64,000 bases of DNA from Kofleriaceae bacterium (GTDB lineage Bacteria; Myxococcota_A; Polyangia; Haliangiales; Haliangiaceae). Positions 21,677-33,208 of this stretch are shown here, piece by piece (positions within the stretch are counted from its first letter, which is position 1; each line of letters opens with the position of its first letter). Where the stretch lies: positions 224,001 through 288,000 of the forward strand of contig CBDCCZ010000054.1 of NCBI GenBank assembly GCA_965215005.1, in the 5' to 3' direction. Position numbers and translations under genes: made by a program. A model generated the notes under the pieces. The model was not told where the DNA came from and searched no databases. It saw only the letters and a program-made list of their open reading frames with translations.

Positions 21677-22837
21677 ATGACTGCCAAGCGACCGCTCGAT
21701 GGTATTCGGGTCCTCGACCTATCCCGGTTGTTGCCAGGGCCGTATCTCACCATGACGCTCGGCGACATGGGCGCCGACGTCGTCAAGGTCGAGGCGCCGG
21801 TCATTGGCGACTACATGCGGCAGATGCCGCCGTGCAAACAGGACCTCTCGGGAAGGTTCTTGTCCGTCAATCGCAACAAGCGGTCCTTGGTGCTCGACCT
21901 CAAAACCGACACCGGCCGCGAAACGTTCTTGCGGATGGTTGAGCGGGCGGACGTGGTGGTAGAGAGCTTTCGACCCGGCGTGATCGACCGCCTCGGAATC
22001 GGTTATGAGGCGATGCGCGAGCGCCGGCGCGACATCATCGTGTGCTCGATCTCCGGCTTCGGACAGAGTGGTCCATATCGCGAGCGCGCAGGTCACGACT
22101 TGAACTACGTCGCTCTGAGTGGAGTGTTGGCCATGGGCGGGGAGCGCGCGGGCGCACCGGCCATGCCCGGAGTGCAAATCGCCGATCTCGCTGGCGGTGC
22201 TCTGTGGAGCGCTACGGCCATTTTGGCTGCATTGGTCGGTCGCGAGCGCGGCGCCGGAGGCGCGCACCTCGATATCTCCATGACCGAAGGTGCGATGGCG
22301 CTGCTCGCCGCTGAGCTCGGCAACGCCGACTGCGGCATCGAGCCGCCAACCCGCGGCACTCAAATCCTCAACGGTGGCCTCGCTTGCTACAGCATCTACG
22401 AGACTGCAGACGGCAAGTATCTCGCCGTTGGCGCCTTAGAGCCAAAATTCTGGCTCGCGTTCAATCAGGCGATCGGTCGCCGCGGTGACTCCTCGGAGGT
22501 CATTGCACCGCCCGCGCAGCAAGAGGTGATTCGCAGCGAGGTGGCTGCGGTGTTGCGCGGCAAGACGCAACGAGAGTGGGCGCATATCTTCTCGGAAGTC
22601 GATTGCTGCACTGAGCCGGTGCTCGAGCTCGAGGAGCTCGAGGAGCACCCCGTGCATCGCGACCGAGCCGCGTTCTTCACCATCGATGGCGGATCGCTGG
22701 GGCCCGTGAAGCAGCTGCGCACGCCAGTCGGCCGGCGGGCGGAGAATCATCTACCGCCCCGGTTGGGGGAACATAGCGCTGCGGTGCTGTCCGACTACGG
22801 ATTCACCGACGACGAGATCCGCATCATCACGGAGTAA
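21677..22837 (+). CDS. CaiB/BaiF family (class III) CoA-transferase / AMACR-like
   Basis: [48 protein letters not shown]. Confidence 0.93.
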   Translation: MTAKRPLDGIRVLDLSRLLPGPYLTMTLGDMGADVVKVEAPVIGDYMRQMPPCKQDLSGRFLSVNRNKRSLVLDLKTDTGRETFLRMVERADVVVESFRPGVIDRLGIGYEAMRERRRDIIVCSISGFGQSGPYRERAGHDLNYVALSGVLAMGGERAGAPAMPGVQIADLAGGALWSATAILAALVGRERGAGGAHLDISMTEGAMALLAAELGNADCGIEPPTRGTQILNGGLACYSIYETADGKYLAVGALEPKFWLAFNQAIGRRGDSSEVIAPPAQQEVIRSEVAAVLRGKTQREWAHIFSEVDCCTEPVLELEELEEHPVHRDRAAFFTIDGGSLGPVKQLRTPVGRRAENHLPPRLGEHSAAVLSDYGFTDDEIRIITE

Positions 22838-22858
22838 CGCGGCTACACTGCACCGCCG

Positions 22859-23146
22859 CTACTCGAGCTGCGCCACAGACTGTCTCTGGCGATCCCGGAT
22901 GATCATGACCACCGAAGGAACGAACCCTGCGGTGATGAGAGCGAACAACGCGACGCTCGACCACGATATCGGCCCGGTGATCCGGGATGCCCCCGAGATG
23001 AGGCTGGCGTGCTCAACTCGGTGATGGGCGACGATACTCGGAGGTTCGTCTGCGTTGGCAGGGTCATCACCTCCGCTGGCGGACCCAAGGGTCAACGCGA
23101 GCGCGACGGCGACGAAGAGACCAGCAATAGCGGTGCGTAACGGCAT
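22859..23146 (-). CDS. Small hypothetical membrane protein
   Basis: Signal-like N-terminus, C-terminal TM helix, GGAG just upstream of the ATG. Confidence 0.55.
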   Translation of the reverse strand: MPLRTAIAGLFVAVALALTLGSASGGDDPANADEPPSIVAHHRVEHASLISGASRITGPISWSSVALFALITAGFVPSVVMIIRDRQRQSVAQLE

Positions 23147-23402
23147 CTCCTAGTGCGGACATTCTATGCGGTCTCAGCGTTCCCGCAAGAGCGAAACATC
23201 ACGGGCAGATCCCGCTGTATTCCCGCAGGGTTCGGCTTCTCGCGGTGAATTTGGAGTACGCTGCAAAACGCTGCCTTGGCTGCGGCGAGGCCCCAATCGC
23301 GGCTCCGGCTGCCCCTGCCGCGACCAGACTCGTGATAGATGTGACTCGGTAAAGGATCATTTTGGCGGCACCCAAACGTTGCCTGCTGAGGAGATTGAAG
23401 GC

Positions 23403-23897
23403 ATGAGACTCATTAAATCCCTCGTTGTCGTCGCGTCCATCGCCGCCTGCGCTGCTTGCGGTGGCAAGGACAAAAAGCCCGCCGCGCCGCAGCCGGTGCA
23501 AGAGCCAGTCGCCACGGAGACTCAGCCAGAGCCCGAGGCTCCTGCCCCCGCGCCTGCTCCTGAAAAGGATCCCGCGTCTCTCGGCGAAATCATCTATTTC
23601 GAATTCGACTCTTCGGATCTGTCGCCCGATGCTCGCGCTCAGCTCGAGGAGAACGCCGCGTGGCTCAAAGAAAACCCCGCGCGGGTTCTCACGATTGAAG
23701 GCCACACTGACGAGGTCGGCACCCCCGAATACAATCTCGGGCTCGGCGAGCGTCGTGCTCGCGCCGCCAAAGACTATCTCGTGAGGCTCGGCATCCAAGA
23801 TCCGCGCGTCGACATCATCACCTACGGTGAAGAGCGTCCGGCCTCCTCCGAAGACGCTGCCAATCGCCGCAGCGTGTTCGTCGCCACCCGCAAGTAG
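23403..23897 (+). CDS. pal: Peptidoglycan-associated lipoprotein (OmpA_C family)
   Basis: Lipobox CAAC; IYFEFDSSDL, IEGHTDEVGTPEYNLGLGERRA, ITYGEERP, NRR. Confidence 0.9.
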   Translation: MRLIKSLVVVASIAACAACGGKDKKPAAPQPVQEPVATETQPEPEAPAPAPAPEKDPASLGEIIYFEFDSSDLSPDARAQLEENAAWLKENPARVLTIEGHTDEVGTPEYNLGLGERRARAAKDYLVRLGIQDPRVDIITYGEERPASSEDAANRRSVFVATRK

Positions 23898-24149
23898 GGC
23901 GCATCGCCCCGGCGCGCGCTGCGCTCGTCACGGTAACTCGAGCATCTGCTCCGTGAATACGCTGTGCTTCTGTTCCGATTGCGCAGCCGTGTCGACCCGC
24001 AGCGCGCCACGCTGAAACAACTGCGTGAGTGGCCCACCGAGGCTTCTCTCGTGGTTCACCGCGACAAGCCGCTAGAGCCGCAACAGTTGCAGGGTGAGGC
24101 GCCGAAAGCGGCGGGTCATCAATCCCGCGGCGTCGTGTTCGCGCGTCGA

Positions 24150-25610
24150 ATGGCCTGTAGCGTCGCAGTCTGCATTTGCGCGTTCTTGGTGCTGTCCAAC
24201 GCGCATGCACAGGCGAATCCGTTGCCTCCGGACGACCCGGCGAGGGACGCTGCCCAGCGCGCCGCAGGCGGCGATCCTAGCTTTGGGCCGATGTTTGCGA
24301 TCGAGTCGATCGAAATCATTGGCAATCACACCACCGCTGAACGGCTCATTCGCCGGGCGCTTCCCATTGCCCAAGGCGACCAGATTCGAGCCGGCGATCC
24401 GCGGATGCAACAAGCCCGTTATAAGGTTCTGGGGCTTGGATATTTTCGCGCTGTCGACCTACGGCTGCGCAAGGGCTCGCGACGCGGTCTCGTGGTGTTG
24501 ACGGTAGAGGTCATCGAGCGCGGCACCGTGGTTCTCGAAGCGCTCTACTTCGGCGTCAGCTCGATAACGCCTTGGTGGATTGGCGCGGCTGTCAGCGAGC
24601 GCAACTTCCTCGGCACTGGCGTGGGCGTCGGCGGTGGAGCGGTCTACGCGGCCGCGGGCGATATCGCTGCTTCGCAGTCCCAGTGGGCGGCGGAGCTGCG
24701 GCTAGATAAGCGCGCCATTCTCGGGTCCGCATTTGGCGCGCATAGCAGCGTCTACGTGCGCGATGCATTCGAGCCGTACCGCGTCGCCGGTGCGCCGGGC
24801 GATGACTCGGCTGCTGGCTTTCGCGGATTTTCTTACCGACGCGTTGGGACGCGGTTTGGGCTGGGGATCGCGCTGACGCCGCTTGCGCTGATCTCTGTGA
24901 CCGGGCGTTACGAGGGCATACGCGCCGCGCTTCCAGAGGCGCCAACGCGGCGCCTGCCCGATGGCCGGCTCGCGGCAGTCGAGCTCGAGCTCCGCGATGG
25001 CTCGAGTCGTGTCGTGAGCGCCAGCGTCGGGCTCGACCACGACACCCGCGCCGATCCAGTGCTGCCATACAATGGGTACCGCCTGGTGCTGCTCGGCGAG
25101 CTGAGCACTGGCGCGGTGACGAGCGATTACGACTTCGTCTCGCTTCGCGGACGCTTTCAGCATTGGTGGCCGGTGAGCGGCCCGGCGCACGTGGTGTCGA
25201 TGCACGTATCGGCGGGCGTGATAATTGGCGATGCGCCGCGGTTCGATCGCCTCTACGCCGCCGACTTCTACCGGCTCATCACGCCACGCGCTGCCGAGCT
25301 GGTGGTATCGGTAGTCGCGCCGCGAAACCTTCTGGGCACCGGCCCAGCCGCGGGCGTCTACGGCGAGCTCGGCGGCAACGCGATGGCGGAATACAGCTAT
25401 CGGCTGTTCCGTCGCGGCAGCGCCATCTACGGCGGCGACCTCTTCGCCGGCGCCGGAGTGTGGTCGCTGACCAGCGCAGAACGACTCGATGACCGCGGCA
25501 TCGCGGGGCTAACACTCGACCTCGTGCTCGACGCAGGGCTCCGCTTAGACACCGAAATCGGCATCTTCGAGCTCACCTTCGCCAACGCCCTTGGTCGGGT
25601 GCCGCTGTGA
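24150..25610 (+). CDS. BamA/TamA (Omp85) family outer membrane protein with a POTRA domain
   Basis: IESIEIIGNHTTAERLIRR...LGYFRAV...VEVIER (POTRA), ERNFLGTG, LDHDTR...P..G; start uncertain. Confidence 0.85.
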   Translation: MACSVAVCICAFLVLSNAHAQANPLPPDDPARDAAQRAAGGDPSFGPMFAIESIEIIGNHTTAERLIRRALPIAQGDQIRAGDPRMQQARYKVLGLGYFRAVDLRLRKGSRRGLVVLTVEVIERGTVVLEALYFGVSSITPWWIGAAVSERNFLGTGVGVGGGAVYAAAGDIAASQSQWAAELRLDKRAILGSAFGAHSSVYVRDAFEPYRVAGAPGDDSAAGFRGFSYRRVGTRFGLGIALTPLALISVTGRYEGIRAALPEAPTRRLPDGRLAAVELELRDGSSRVVSASVGLDHDTRADPVLPYNGYRLVLLGELSTGAVTSDYDFVSLRGRFQHWWPVSGPAHVVSMHVSAGVIIGDAPRFDRLYAADFYRLITPRAAELVVSVVAPRNLLGTGPAAGVYGELGGNAMAEYSYRLFRRGSAIYGGDLFAGAGVWSLTSAERLDDRGIAGLTLDLVLDAGLRLDTEIGIFELTFANALGRVPL

Positions 25611-26270
25611 ATTGCTGCCTCGGCGTGGCTCTAATCGTATTGCTGATGATCACCCCAGCGTGGGCCGATAGCGGCTCCTCGATTCCTCGCAAGATGCGCT
25701 TTATCGAGAAAGGCAACTACCTGCGCGTGACCACCAGCTTTGGCGAGCTGTTCGATGCGGCTAGCTACGAGCGACTCGGCAACGGGTTGGTTTCGACGAT
25801 TGTCATACGGTTCTACGTCTATCAGCAGCAGGACTCGCAGCCCGTCGCGTACGGCGTCGTGAGCTATCGAGTCGCTTACGATTTATGGGACGAGGTGTAT
25901 CTCGTGCAGATCAACGAGCCCCGGCAGCTCCGCGAGCGAGCTGCGTTTTCGCAACCGCGCGCAGGCACTTACACGGATCACGCAGCTCTCGCAGGTGCCG
26001 ATCGCGTCGCTGGCGACGGTGCCACGCGGCAGAAATCACTATCTCGGCATGGTCATCGAGCTCAATCCGGTGTCGGAGGAGACGTTGGCGGAGATGCGTC
26101 GCTGGCTCACGCGGAGCGCTCAAGCCACCACAATCGATCCCGGTAGCTCGGTGTTTGGCAGCTTCGTGACCGTATTCGTCAATCCCAAGCTGCCGGATGC
26201 AGACCGGGTGCTGCGGCTCCGCTCGCAGCCGTTCTACCGGCGCAAGAGGGCGCGCGACGATGAAGGCTGA
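25607..26270 (+). CDS. DUF4390-like exported protein (apparent frameshift near 25920)
   Basis: Signal peptide and RVAYDLWDEVY; continues in the second frame as IELNPVSEE...SVFGSFVTVFVNP; lies upstream of an NtrY-like kinase. Confidence 0.7.
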
Positions 26271-27747
26271 GCGTCGGCCGCTGAGCCTGCGCACCAAGTT
26301 CGTGACCGGGCTCTTGATGATCGCGTTGGCGCCGCTGGCGGTATCCAGCGTGCTGATCGGGCAGATTGCGCGGCTGGCGCAGAACTTCGCATCCAACGAA
26401 GCCGCGATGATGCGTCCGCCGCTGGAAGCTGCGCAAACTGCGTATCTCGACCTGTTTGCGGCCAAGAAAGAAGCCTATCGTCAGCTCACCTGGCGCGTGG
26501 CGGCAGCGCCAGCGGTGACTGCGGCAGCGCCCAGTGCAGAACGGCTGCGCGAGTTATTGTCACTGCATCCCGAGCTGGTCGGGCTCGTCGTTCATGACGC
26601 AGACGGCACCGAGCTCGCCCGGGTGCTCCGCGGAGAAGCGCCGCCGCGGAGCAAGACGATGACGGCCTCGCTCGAGTCTGGTCGTCGGGTCGCACTGAGC
26701 TTTGCGGTAGACGAGTCGCTGCAGGGGGATTATCGCTCGCTGGTGCGCACTCTCGAGCGTGCCGACCACGTCGCAAAACTACGCGCCACGCTGCCGAGCG
26801 GCTATCGGTACGCGTTCTTGGCGTTGGTCGGTAGCGTGGTGATTCTGGTGGTGGCGGTCGGCATCCTCTATGCGCGGCACTTCACCCGTCGCATCAACAG
26901 GTTGCTGCTAGGTACTCGCGCCGTGGCGGCCGGGCAGCTCAGCTCGCGCGTGGACTTGCCGGGGCGAGATGAGCTAGCCGAGCTCGGGGTAGCGTTCAAT
27001 CGCATGGTCGAGGATCTCGCCCGCGATCGGGCAAAGATCCATTACCTGCAGCGCATCGGCGCGTGGCAAGACGTTGCCCGTAGGCTCGCCCACGAGATCA
27101 AAAATCCGCTCACGCCGATTCAGCTGGCGGTGCAGCAGTGTGTCTCCGCGTATCGCGGCGATGACGAGCGCTTCCGCGGCATGCTCGATGAGACCGAGGA
27201 GATCGTCACGGAAGAGATCGCTGGACTGCGTCGCTTGGTGGATGCGTTTCGCACGCTCGGGCAGCTGCCGCGGGTTGAGCCGACGACGCTCGACTTGGGG
27301 GACGTCGTGCGCGAGCTGGTGCGGGACCCATCGCTTGCGCCGCGCCCGGAGTTACTCGCGCCGGCCGAATCGGTGCCGATTCGGGGCGATAAGCTCCTGC
27401 TTCGCCGCCTGCTCGGTAACTTGGTGGAGAACGGCATCCAGGCGGCGCAGGAGCAAGGGCGAGCGGGCAGGGTGGAGGTTCAGTGGTGGCGCGAGGAAGG
27501 ACGGGCGGTGCTCACCGTCGACGACGAAGGCCCCGGCATCGCGCTGGGCGAGCAGGAGCGCATCTTCGAGCCGTACATCACCAGCAAAGAGACCGGCACC
27601 GGTCTGGGGTTGGCGATCGCTAAAAAGATCGCGATAGAGCACGGCGGAGCGCTCGTGGTAGCCAGCGAGCCGGCGCCCATCGGTGGCGCGCGTTTGGTGC
27701 TAACGCTTCCGCTCACCGATGATGAAGAAGCCACCGCCGGCGCGTAA
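26260..27747 (+). CDS. HAMP-domain sensor histidine kinase (NtrY-like)
   Basis: Two TMs, [43 protein letters not shown]. Confidence 0.93.
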   Translation: MKAERRPLSLRTKFVTGLLMIALAPLAVSSVLIGQIARLAQNFASNEAAMMRPPLEAAQTAYLDLFAAKKEAYRQLTWRVAAAPAVTAAAPSAERLRELLSLHPELVGLVVHDADGTELARVLRGEAPPRSKTMTASLESGRRVALSFAVDESLQGDYRSLVRTLERADHVAKLRATLPSGYRYAFLALVGSVVILVVAVGILYARHFTRRINRLLLGTRAVAAGQLSSRVDLPGRDELAELGVAFNRMVEDLARDRAKIHYLQRIGAWQDVARRLAHEIKNPLTPIQLAVQQCVSAYRGDDERFRGMLDETEEIVTEEIAGLRRLVDAFRTLGQLPRVEPTTLDLGDVVRELVRDPSLAPRPELLAPAESVPIRGDKLLLRRLLGNLVENGIQAAQEQGRAGRVEVQWWREEGRAVLTVDDEGPGIALGEQERIFEPYITSKETGTGLGLAIAKKIAIEHGGALVVASEPAPIGGARLVLTLPLTDDEEATAGA

Positions 27748-28200
27748 GCCGATGTCCCCAGCGACGCTTTCGACGCGCTCAGCGAGCTTTGCCTGCGCGG
27801 CAGGGGTGAGGCGCGCGATGAGAGTGCCGCCGCGCACCGCGCAATACATCGCTTCGCCTTGGCCGACTTGCAAGCTTGGGTAAGCGAGCTCTTCGTCGTT
27901 GCCATCGTTTAAGCGAATCCGCGCCGACTCACCTTCCCAACGAAGTGAGAGTACGAGCAGGTGCGCGTCTTCGACGTCGATATAGGCGTAGCGCTGCTCG
28001 TCGAGCCGGACGATGTCGCGGCCGTCGTCGAGGCGATCGAGCCAGCGCAACAGCGCTTGCTGCAAGCCGCGATGACGAATGACCTCGCCCTCATGCCAGA
28101 GCTGTCCTGCGCGGTCGAGCCGGAGCCCTACCTGACGGAATCGCTCGAGCATTTCCGGCGTGAGGACGGTAGACGGAGCCCCAGAAGCGTCAGTGGTCAA
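27700..28200 (-). CDS. DUF1285-like protein
   Basis: [18 protein letters not shown]...YIDVEDA...RLNDG...YCAVRGG..ARL. Confidence 0.7.
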   Translation of the reverse strand: MTTDASGAPSTVLTPEMLERFRQVGLRLDRAGQLWHEGEVIRHRGLQQALLRWLDRLDDGRDIVRLDEQRYAYIDVEDAHLLVLSLRWEGESARIRLNDGNDEELAYPSLQVGQGEAMYCAVRGGTLIARLTPAAQAKLAERVESVAGDIGLRAGGGFFIIGERKR

Positions 28201-28388
28201 TGGTTGCGCAGACGCTCAATACGGTCTTTCGCGTGCAGTTTTCGCTTCTTGAGCTGCACGTACTCGACCTTTTCGGCGGAAGTGAGTGAGATGTGCTTGC
28301 CAAGCTCGCGGAGCCTGCGCTCCAACGCGCGATGCTCGGCGTCGAGTTGCGCGAGCTCGGTATTTCTGCTGTCGATGGTGTGCTGCAC
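28197..28388 (-). CDS. YdcH/DUF465 family small protein
   Basis: EHRALERRL...[15 protein letters not shown] start preceded by AAGGAAG. Confidence 0.8.
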   Translation of the reverse strand: MQHTIDSRNTELAQLDAEHRALERRLRELGKHISLTSAEKVEYVQLKKRKLHAKDRIERLRNH

Positions 28389-28551
28389 AAGCGTCTTCCT
28401 TCGATTAGAGCAGGTCGAGCGCGATGCATGCAGCCGCGCGCTCTGGCAACGTCGTTTGACGATAGCGCGCGTCCCCGAGGACCGGCAACGGTGAAAGCGC
28501 AGGCGCGTCAAAGCGCATCAATCCGCCTCATCGCCACCATTGTGAGGCCGG

Positions 28552-29343
28552 TCATGCATCATTTGGTCGCGGCGGCGCGAACGTACCTCCGGGATTGCCG
28601 CCGGGGAACTTGAGCTCCGCCTCCGAGGGGCGAACATACACTGGAGTGCCGGAGCTAAGTCGATCCGGCAGCTCGTTGCCGAGGGCGAGATATCCCACGG
28701 CAGCGGCAGAAGGAGTCTGCCTGCCATCAGCTACCACGCTGGCTCGCGGGCCGAGCTCCGCGAGGAGCTCGGGATAGAGCGCAAAGCCGCTGCCGAGCGA
28801 GACGATAGACTCGTGCCCCAGGCGCTCCGCAAGCGCATCGATATAATCGCCGACCTCGCCGGGAGCCATGACCGCCTCCGGAGCCAGATTTTCAGCCTCG
28901 CTGCCAGCCATGCGGTAACCGCCCACGAAGACCTCGCGGCGTCGTGCGTCGACGATGGGAACGATCACGCGGCCGTCTTGCTGGTTAAACGCATGGTGCG
29001 CCATTGCCAGCGCTGCCAGCGATGAAACCATCCACAGCGGCTTATCCTTAGCGAATGCCAATCCCTTGGCGGTTGCCATGCCGATGCGAAGCCCGGTGAA
29101 GGAGCCAGGACCGGCGCCAATCGCGATGCCGTCGACCTCTTCGAGAGTGAGCGCGGCGGCGCGCAAGACCTCATCGATGAGCGTCAACAGTACTTCGCTA
29201 TGGGTATCTGCGCCGCTCTCGGCGGCCGCCAAGACTTGCATAGCGGAAGGTGCCGTGCCGCGAGCGCCGCGGACCACGGCGACCTCGGCTGTGGGGGTGG
29301 ACGTCTCGAGGGCAAGAACGTGGAGGATGTCTGAATTCATCAT
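28552..29343 (-). CDS. tsaB: tRNA threonylcarbamoyladenosine biosynthesis protein TsaB
   Basis: LALETST, HSEVLL, GPGSFTGLRIG, DARRREVF, P.YVR. Confidence 0.93.
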   Translation of the reverse strand: MMNSDILHVLALETSTPTAEVAVVRGARGTAPSAMQVLAAAESGADTHSEVLLTLIDEVLRAAALTLEEVDGIAIGAGPGSFTGLRIGMATAKGLAFAKDKPLWMVSSLAALAMAHHAFNQQDGRVIVPIVDARRREVFVGGYRMAGSEAENLAPEAVMAPGEVGDYIDALAERLGHESIVSLGSGFALYPELLAELGPRASVVADGRQTPSAAAVGYLALGNELPDRLSSGTPVYVRPSEAELKFPGGNPGGTFAPPRPNDA

Positions 29344-29811
29344 CGTCTTCAGTAGAAGTAGCGCCAGAGATCGCTGAGGTTGGCCGCCGGGCCCGACATC
29401 ACCACCACCGCGCGCTGCCACCGCGGCTCGGTGTGAAACGCGCGGCTGGCTCGAGCTGGGTGGGATATCGTCGCAGGCGTTCTCACCGAATAGCTTGATG
29501 CTGCACGAGCAGGAGGAAATACACCACCGACATCGTTTCAGGACACCGGAGGTAGCATGTCTGGTAGGCTCACTCCTAGTGGCTCACGGCGTGAACCGCG
29601 ACAAAGCAACACCGGTGGGGGAGACGCCGAAAGGGACGCTCGAGGAGCGCAGTGCGGCTCTCGACCCGCATCGGAGCGGTCGACAACGGCGGCAACGATC
29701 CCGTGGCGTGCAGGTGCTTGCCTGTGAAACCGCTGCTGGCTCGAGCACACTCCGCCCCGGCGCACGGCCCAGCGGGTCTGGCGGCGTTGAACGCAGCGTC
29801 ACGAGGGATGG

Positions 29812-30892
29812 TTGATGGCGTCGCGTTCCCCGTATCAGGCCCACGAGAAGGGCGCCGAGATCGCCGATGCTCTCGATGCTCTCGACCGGCAGCTCGAGCG
29901 ACTAAGAGCGCTGTACGAGCAGTATTTCATGGGCACGCAGAAGCTCGTGCCAGCGCAACTGCATCGTGAGCTCGAGCGCAAGCTTCGCGAGCTCACGCAA
30001 CTGCAGATCCGCAACACCGCGCTGCGTTTTCGCCTAAACACGCTTACGCAGAAGTTCGGCTCCTACAATACCTACTGGCGTCGGACAATGCGGCAGATCG
30101 AGCAAGGGCGGTATCTGCCGCACATCGCGCGGGTGGCGCGGAAGGCGGGACGGGAGGGTGTGGAGGTTCCCGAGGAAATCCTCGCGGCGATGCCGAAGCG
30201 AATGCGCGAACGGGTGCGACGCGATCGGCAACGGATCGCCGAGCGCGACGATGCCGAGGCTTCCGCTGCGCCGGAGGAGGAGGGGCAGGCGGTGCGCTCG
30301 CCGCAGCAGCGTGCTCATCAGCTCGACGAAAGGCTTCTGGGAGATGACTTTGATCTCGATTCAATGTTCGCGAGCATCACCAGCGAGGCCGAGGCGGTGG
30401 TCGACGCCAGGGAGCCGGGCGGGAGGCAAGAGCCGCCAAAGCCAGCCGCTGTGCGTGAGGTCGGCGCCTCGCTGCCGGTCGCAACGGTAGGCGCGCCGCG
30501 GGCGTCTACCCCGCCTGGACCGCAACCTCCGCGGGCCGCGCCGCCGCCGCGGGGCGTCTACCCCGCCGGGACCGCAACCTCCGCGGGCCGCGTCGCCGCC
30601 TGCGCCGCCGGGACCGCGCCCAACCCCGCCGCCGATTCCACGTGCGCGCCCGCGCAGCGCACCACCGCCGCCACCGGGGATGGACGAGCCGGCAGCCCGT
30701 CAGCTCTATCAGCAATACGTCGAGGCTAGACGAGTTGTCGGCGAGAAAAGCCCCGTTACGTACGAGAAGCTCGTCGACTCGCTCAATCGGCAAGCGCCGC
30801 GCATCATGAAGGAACACAACGCGCGCGGCGTGGACTTCAAGGTTGTCATTAGAGATGCCAAGGTAGTTCTCAAGGCGACACCGAAGCGTTAG
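29812..30892 (+). CDS. MXAN_5187 C-terminal domain family protein (apparent frameshift in the Pro-rich linker near 30552)
   Basis: N-terminal LERLRALYEQYFMG; C-terminal LYQQYVEARR...VDFKVVIRDAKVVLKATPK in the next frame. Confidence 0.8.
30494..30592 (+). repeat. Two tandem ~51-bp Pro-rich coding repeats
   Basis: cgccgcgggcgtctaccccgcc(t/g)ggaccgcaacctccgcgggccgcg occurs twice; the second copy has one extra G. Confidence 0.85.
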
Positions 30893-30932
30893 CCGAGCGA
30901 TCGCTGCCGCCCGCTTCGGTTAAACTCGCTGC

Positions 30933-32258
30933 ATGACGTATCGCGCGGCGCTTCGGTGCATCACGTGTGGGATTGCTCAGCCGCTCGATGCGGTGGTGTA
31001 TCGATGCACCTCGTGTGGCGACTTGCTCGAGGTAGTGCACGATCTCGAGCCGCTACGGCGGCGTTCGGCAGCGGCGTGGATGCGGCTGTTTCAGGAGCGA
31101 TTCATGTCCACGCAGTGGCCGTATGGCTCGGGCGTGTGGGGCAAAAAGGAGCTGGTCGCGCCCCACGTGCGCGACGAGAACGTCGTGTCGATGTTTGAAG
31201 GGGGAACCAATCTCCTCTGGGCCGAGCGCTATGGCCGCGATCTCGGCCTCGAAGACGTCTGGGTCAAGCAATGCGGCAACTCGCATACTGGCTCCTTCAA
31301 AGACCTCGGCATGACGGTGTTGGTTTCGACCGTCAAGCAGATGATGGCCGATGGGAAAAACGTTCGCGCCATCGCCTGCGCCTCTACCGGAGACACCTCG
31401 GCGGCGCTCTCGGCATATGCCGCCGCCGCCGGCATTCGCGCCATCGTAATCTTGCCGCGCGGCAAGATCAGCACCGCCCAGCTAGTGCAGCCGCTGTCGA
31501 ATGGGGCCGTGGTGCTGGCGGTCGACAGCGATTTCGATGGTTGCATGCGGCTCGTCACCGAGCTGGCGGAGCGCGAAGGCGTCTACCTGGCTAATTCGAT
31601 GAACTCGTTGCGGCTCGAGGGCCAGAAAACTGTCGCCATCGAGATCGTGCAGCAGTTCGACTGGGAAGTTCCCGATTGGGTGATCATCCCGGGTGGCAAT
31701 CTCGGCAACGTGTCGGCGTTGGGCGCTGGTTTTCAGATGATGCTCGACCTGGACATCATCGCGAAGCGCCCGCGGATTTGCGTGGCGCAAGCTGCCAACG
31801 CCAATCCGCTGTATCGCAGCTTCCAGAGCGGTTTCGACGAGCTGCGCGCGATGCGGGCGGAGACCACGCTCGCGTCGGCTATCCAAATTGGCAATCCGGT
31901 GAGCTACAAGAAAGCAGTGCGCGCGCTCAAGAGCTTTGATGGCGTGGTCGAGCAAGCCAGTGAAGACGAGCTTGCCAATGCCGCCGCGCGCGCCGATCGC
32001 TTCGGAATGTTTTGCTGCCCGCACACGGGCGTCGCGTTGGCGGCGCTCGAGAAGCTGGTCGCGCGCGGCGATATCCGCAAGACCGACCGAGTCGTCGTGG
32101 TATCCACGGCCAATGGCTTGAAGTTCTCCGACTTCAAGACGAGGTATCACGAAGGCGCCCTCGAGCGTGTCGAGCCGCGATTCCGCAACGTTCCAGTCGA
32201 GGTGCCTGAAGACTACGGCGCGGTGCGAGATGCGGTGGTGCGGGCGCTCGACAGCTGA
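30933..32258 (+). CDS. thrC: Threonine synthase
   Basis: [49 protein letters not shown]. Confidence 0.95.
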   Translation: MTYRAALRCITCGIAQPLDAVVYRCTSCGDLLEVVHDLEPLRRRSAAAWMRLFQERFMSTQWPYGSGVWGKKELVAPHVRDENVVSMFEGGTNLLWAERYGRDLGLEDVWVKQCGNSHTGSFKDLGMTVLVSTVKQMMADGKNVRAIACASTGDTSAALSAYAAAAGIRAIVILPRGKISTAQLVQPLSNGAVVLAVDSDFDGCMRLVTELAEREGVYLANSMNSLRLEGQKTVAIEIVQQFDWEVPDWVIIPGGNLGNVSALGAGFQMMLDLDIIAKRPRICVAQAANANPLYRSFQSGFDELRAMRAETTLASAIQIGNPVSYKKAVRALKSFDGVVEQASEDELANAAARADRFGMFCCPHTGVALAALEKLVARGDIRKTDRVVVVSTANGLKFSDFKTRYHEGALERVEPRFRNVPVEVPEDYGAVRDAVVRALDS

Positions 32259-32275
32259 TCAACGATATCGCTGAT

Positions 32276-33079
32276 TCAGCGCAAGTTGTCGAAGCGAGCC
32301 GTGCCCGTGCGTCCGTTGCGACTGTCGGCCCCGAGCGAGAGCTGCAATGCGTCGCTGGCGAATGCGGCGGTGAGCGTATTCATGCGTGTCCAGGTCATGC
32401 CATCCCGGGAGGTTTCCAGGAGGAACTCGCCGCTTCGCGTGCTTACACGCCACCAGCGATGGGCCGCAAGATCGTAGGGGGCTGCGCGCGTCTGCGACGC
32501 ATTGGGCGCGATCAGCTCGAAACGCAGCGAGTTGCCGCCGGTGCTCACGGCAATGAGCTCCGTCGCTGATCGGTTGAGGTGCAAGTAGGCATTGGCGCCA
32601 CCGGGCTCGACCTCCACCGTGATCGCGCCGCTGTTGAGGTCGTAGCGGCAGGTGGTCACCAGCGCGGCTTCCCCGCCAGCTCCTACACGGATTTCTGCTT
32701 TGCCGTTGACCTCGGCGATATCGGCGTCGCCACTGGCGTAGCGCTCCGCCCAGATCGGGTCGAGCACGCCATCGTCGAAATCATCGCGCGGAAGCACGGC
32801 TGGATCGCAGCCGGCAGCGGGCGGAGCGGCATCGGGGGCAGCATCGACGCGGTCATCGGCCGGGTCGGCACTGGGACTCGCGTCGGCCGTCCCGGGGGCT
32901 AGGGGCCCAGAGCCGGGAAGCTCGCAGCGACCCGCGACGCAGGTGTACGAGACTGGGCAGCTCTGGCCGTCGGGGCACAGGAACGCGGTGTCATCATAGG
33001 AAAAATTCCGCCCACAGCCGACGCTGAGTGCAGTGAAAACGGCGCCGGCCGCGGCGGCATAGAGATGTGCTGCGCGCAA
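32276..33079 (-). CDS. Hypothetical lipoprotein with a Cys-rich N-terminal module
   Basis: LSVGC lipobox, CPDGQSCPVSYTCVAGRC, DAAPDA linker, beta-rich C-terminal domain. Confidence 0.7.
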   Translation of the reverse strand: MRAAHLYAAAAGAVFTALSVGCGRNFSYDDTAFLCPDGQSCPVSYTCVAGRCELPGSGPLAPGTADASPSADPADDRVDAAPDAAPPAAGCDPAVLPRDDFDDGVLDPIWAERYASGDADIAEVNGKAEIRVGAGGEAALVTTCRYDLNSGAITVEVEPGGANAYLHLNRSATELIAVSTGGNSLRFELIAPNASQTRAAPYDLAAHRWWRVSTRSGEFLLETSRDGMTWTRMNTLTAAFASDALQLSLGADSRNGRTGTARFDNLR

Positions 33080-33208
33080 GATGGGTTACACCGAACGCAA
33101 GGCCTATGCCGCTCTGCGCAGGCCTCCTGGTCGGCCTGCTCCCGCTCGAGGCTTGCTCTTCGACCGTCGGCGCTTGCCGCTGTCATCCACTCGTGGATCG
33201 CGGCGGCG

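Noticed and set aside
29557..29727. 56-codon ORF with GGAGG upstream, and a GAAA-GGGACGC stretch reminiscent of a c-di-GMP-I riboswitch
   Set aside because: The ORF is not protein-like, and the GGCAAA/GCAAAGC elements and second stem of the riboswitch are absent.
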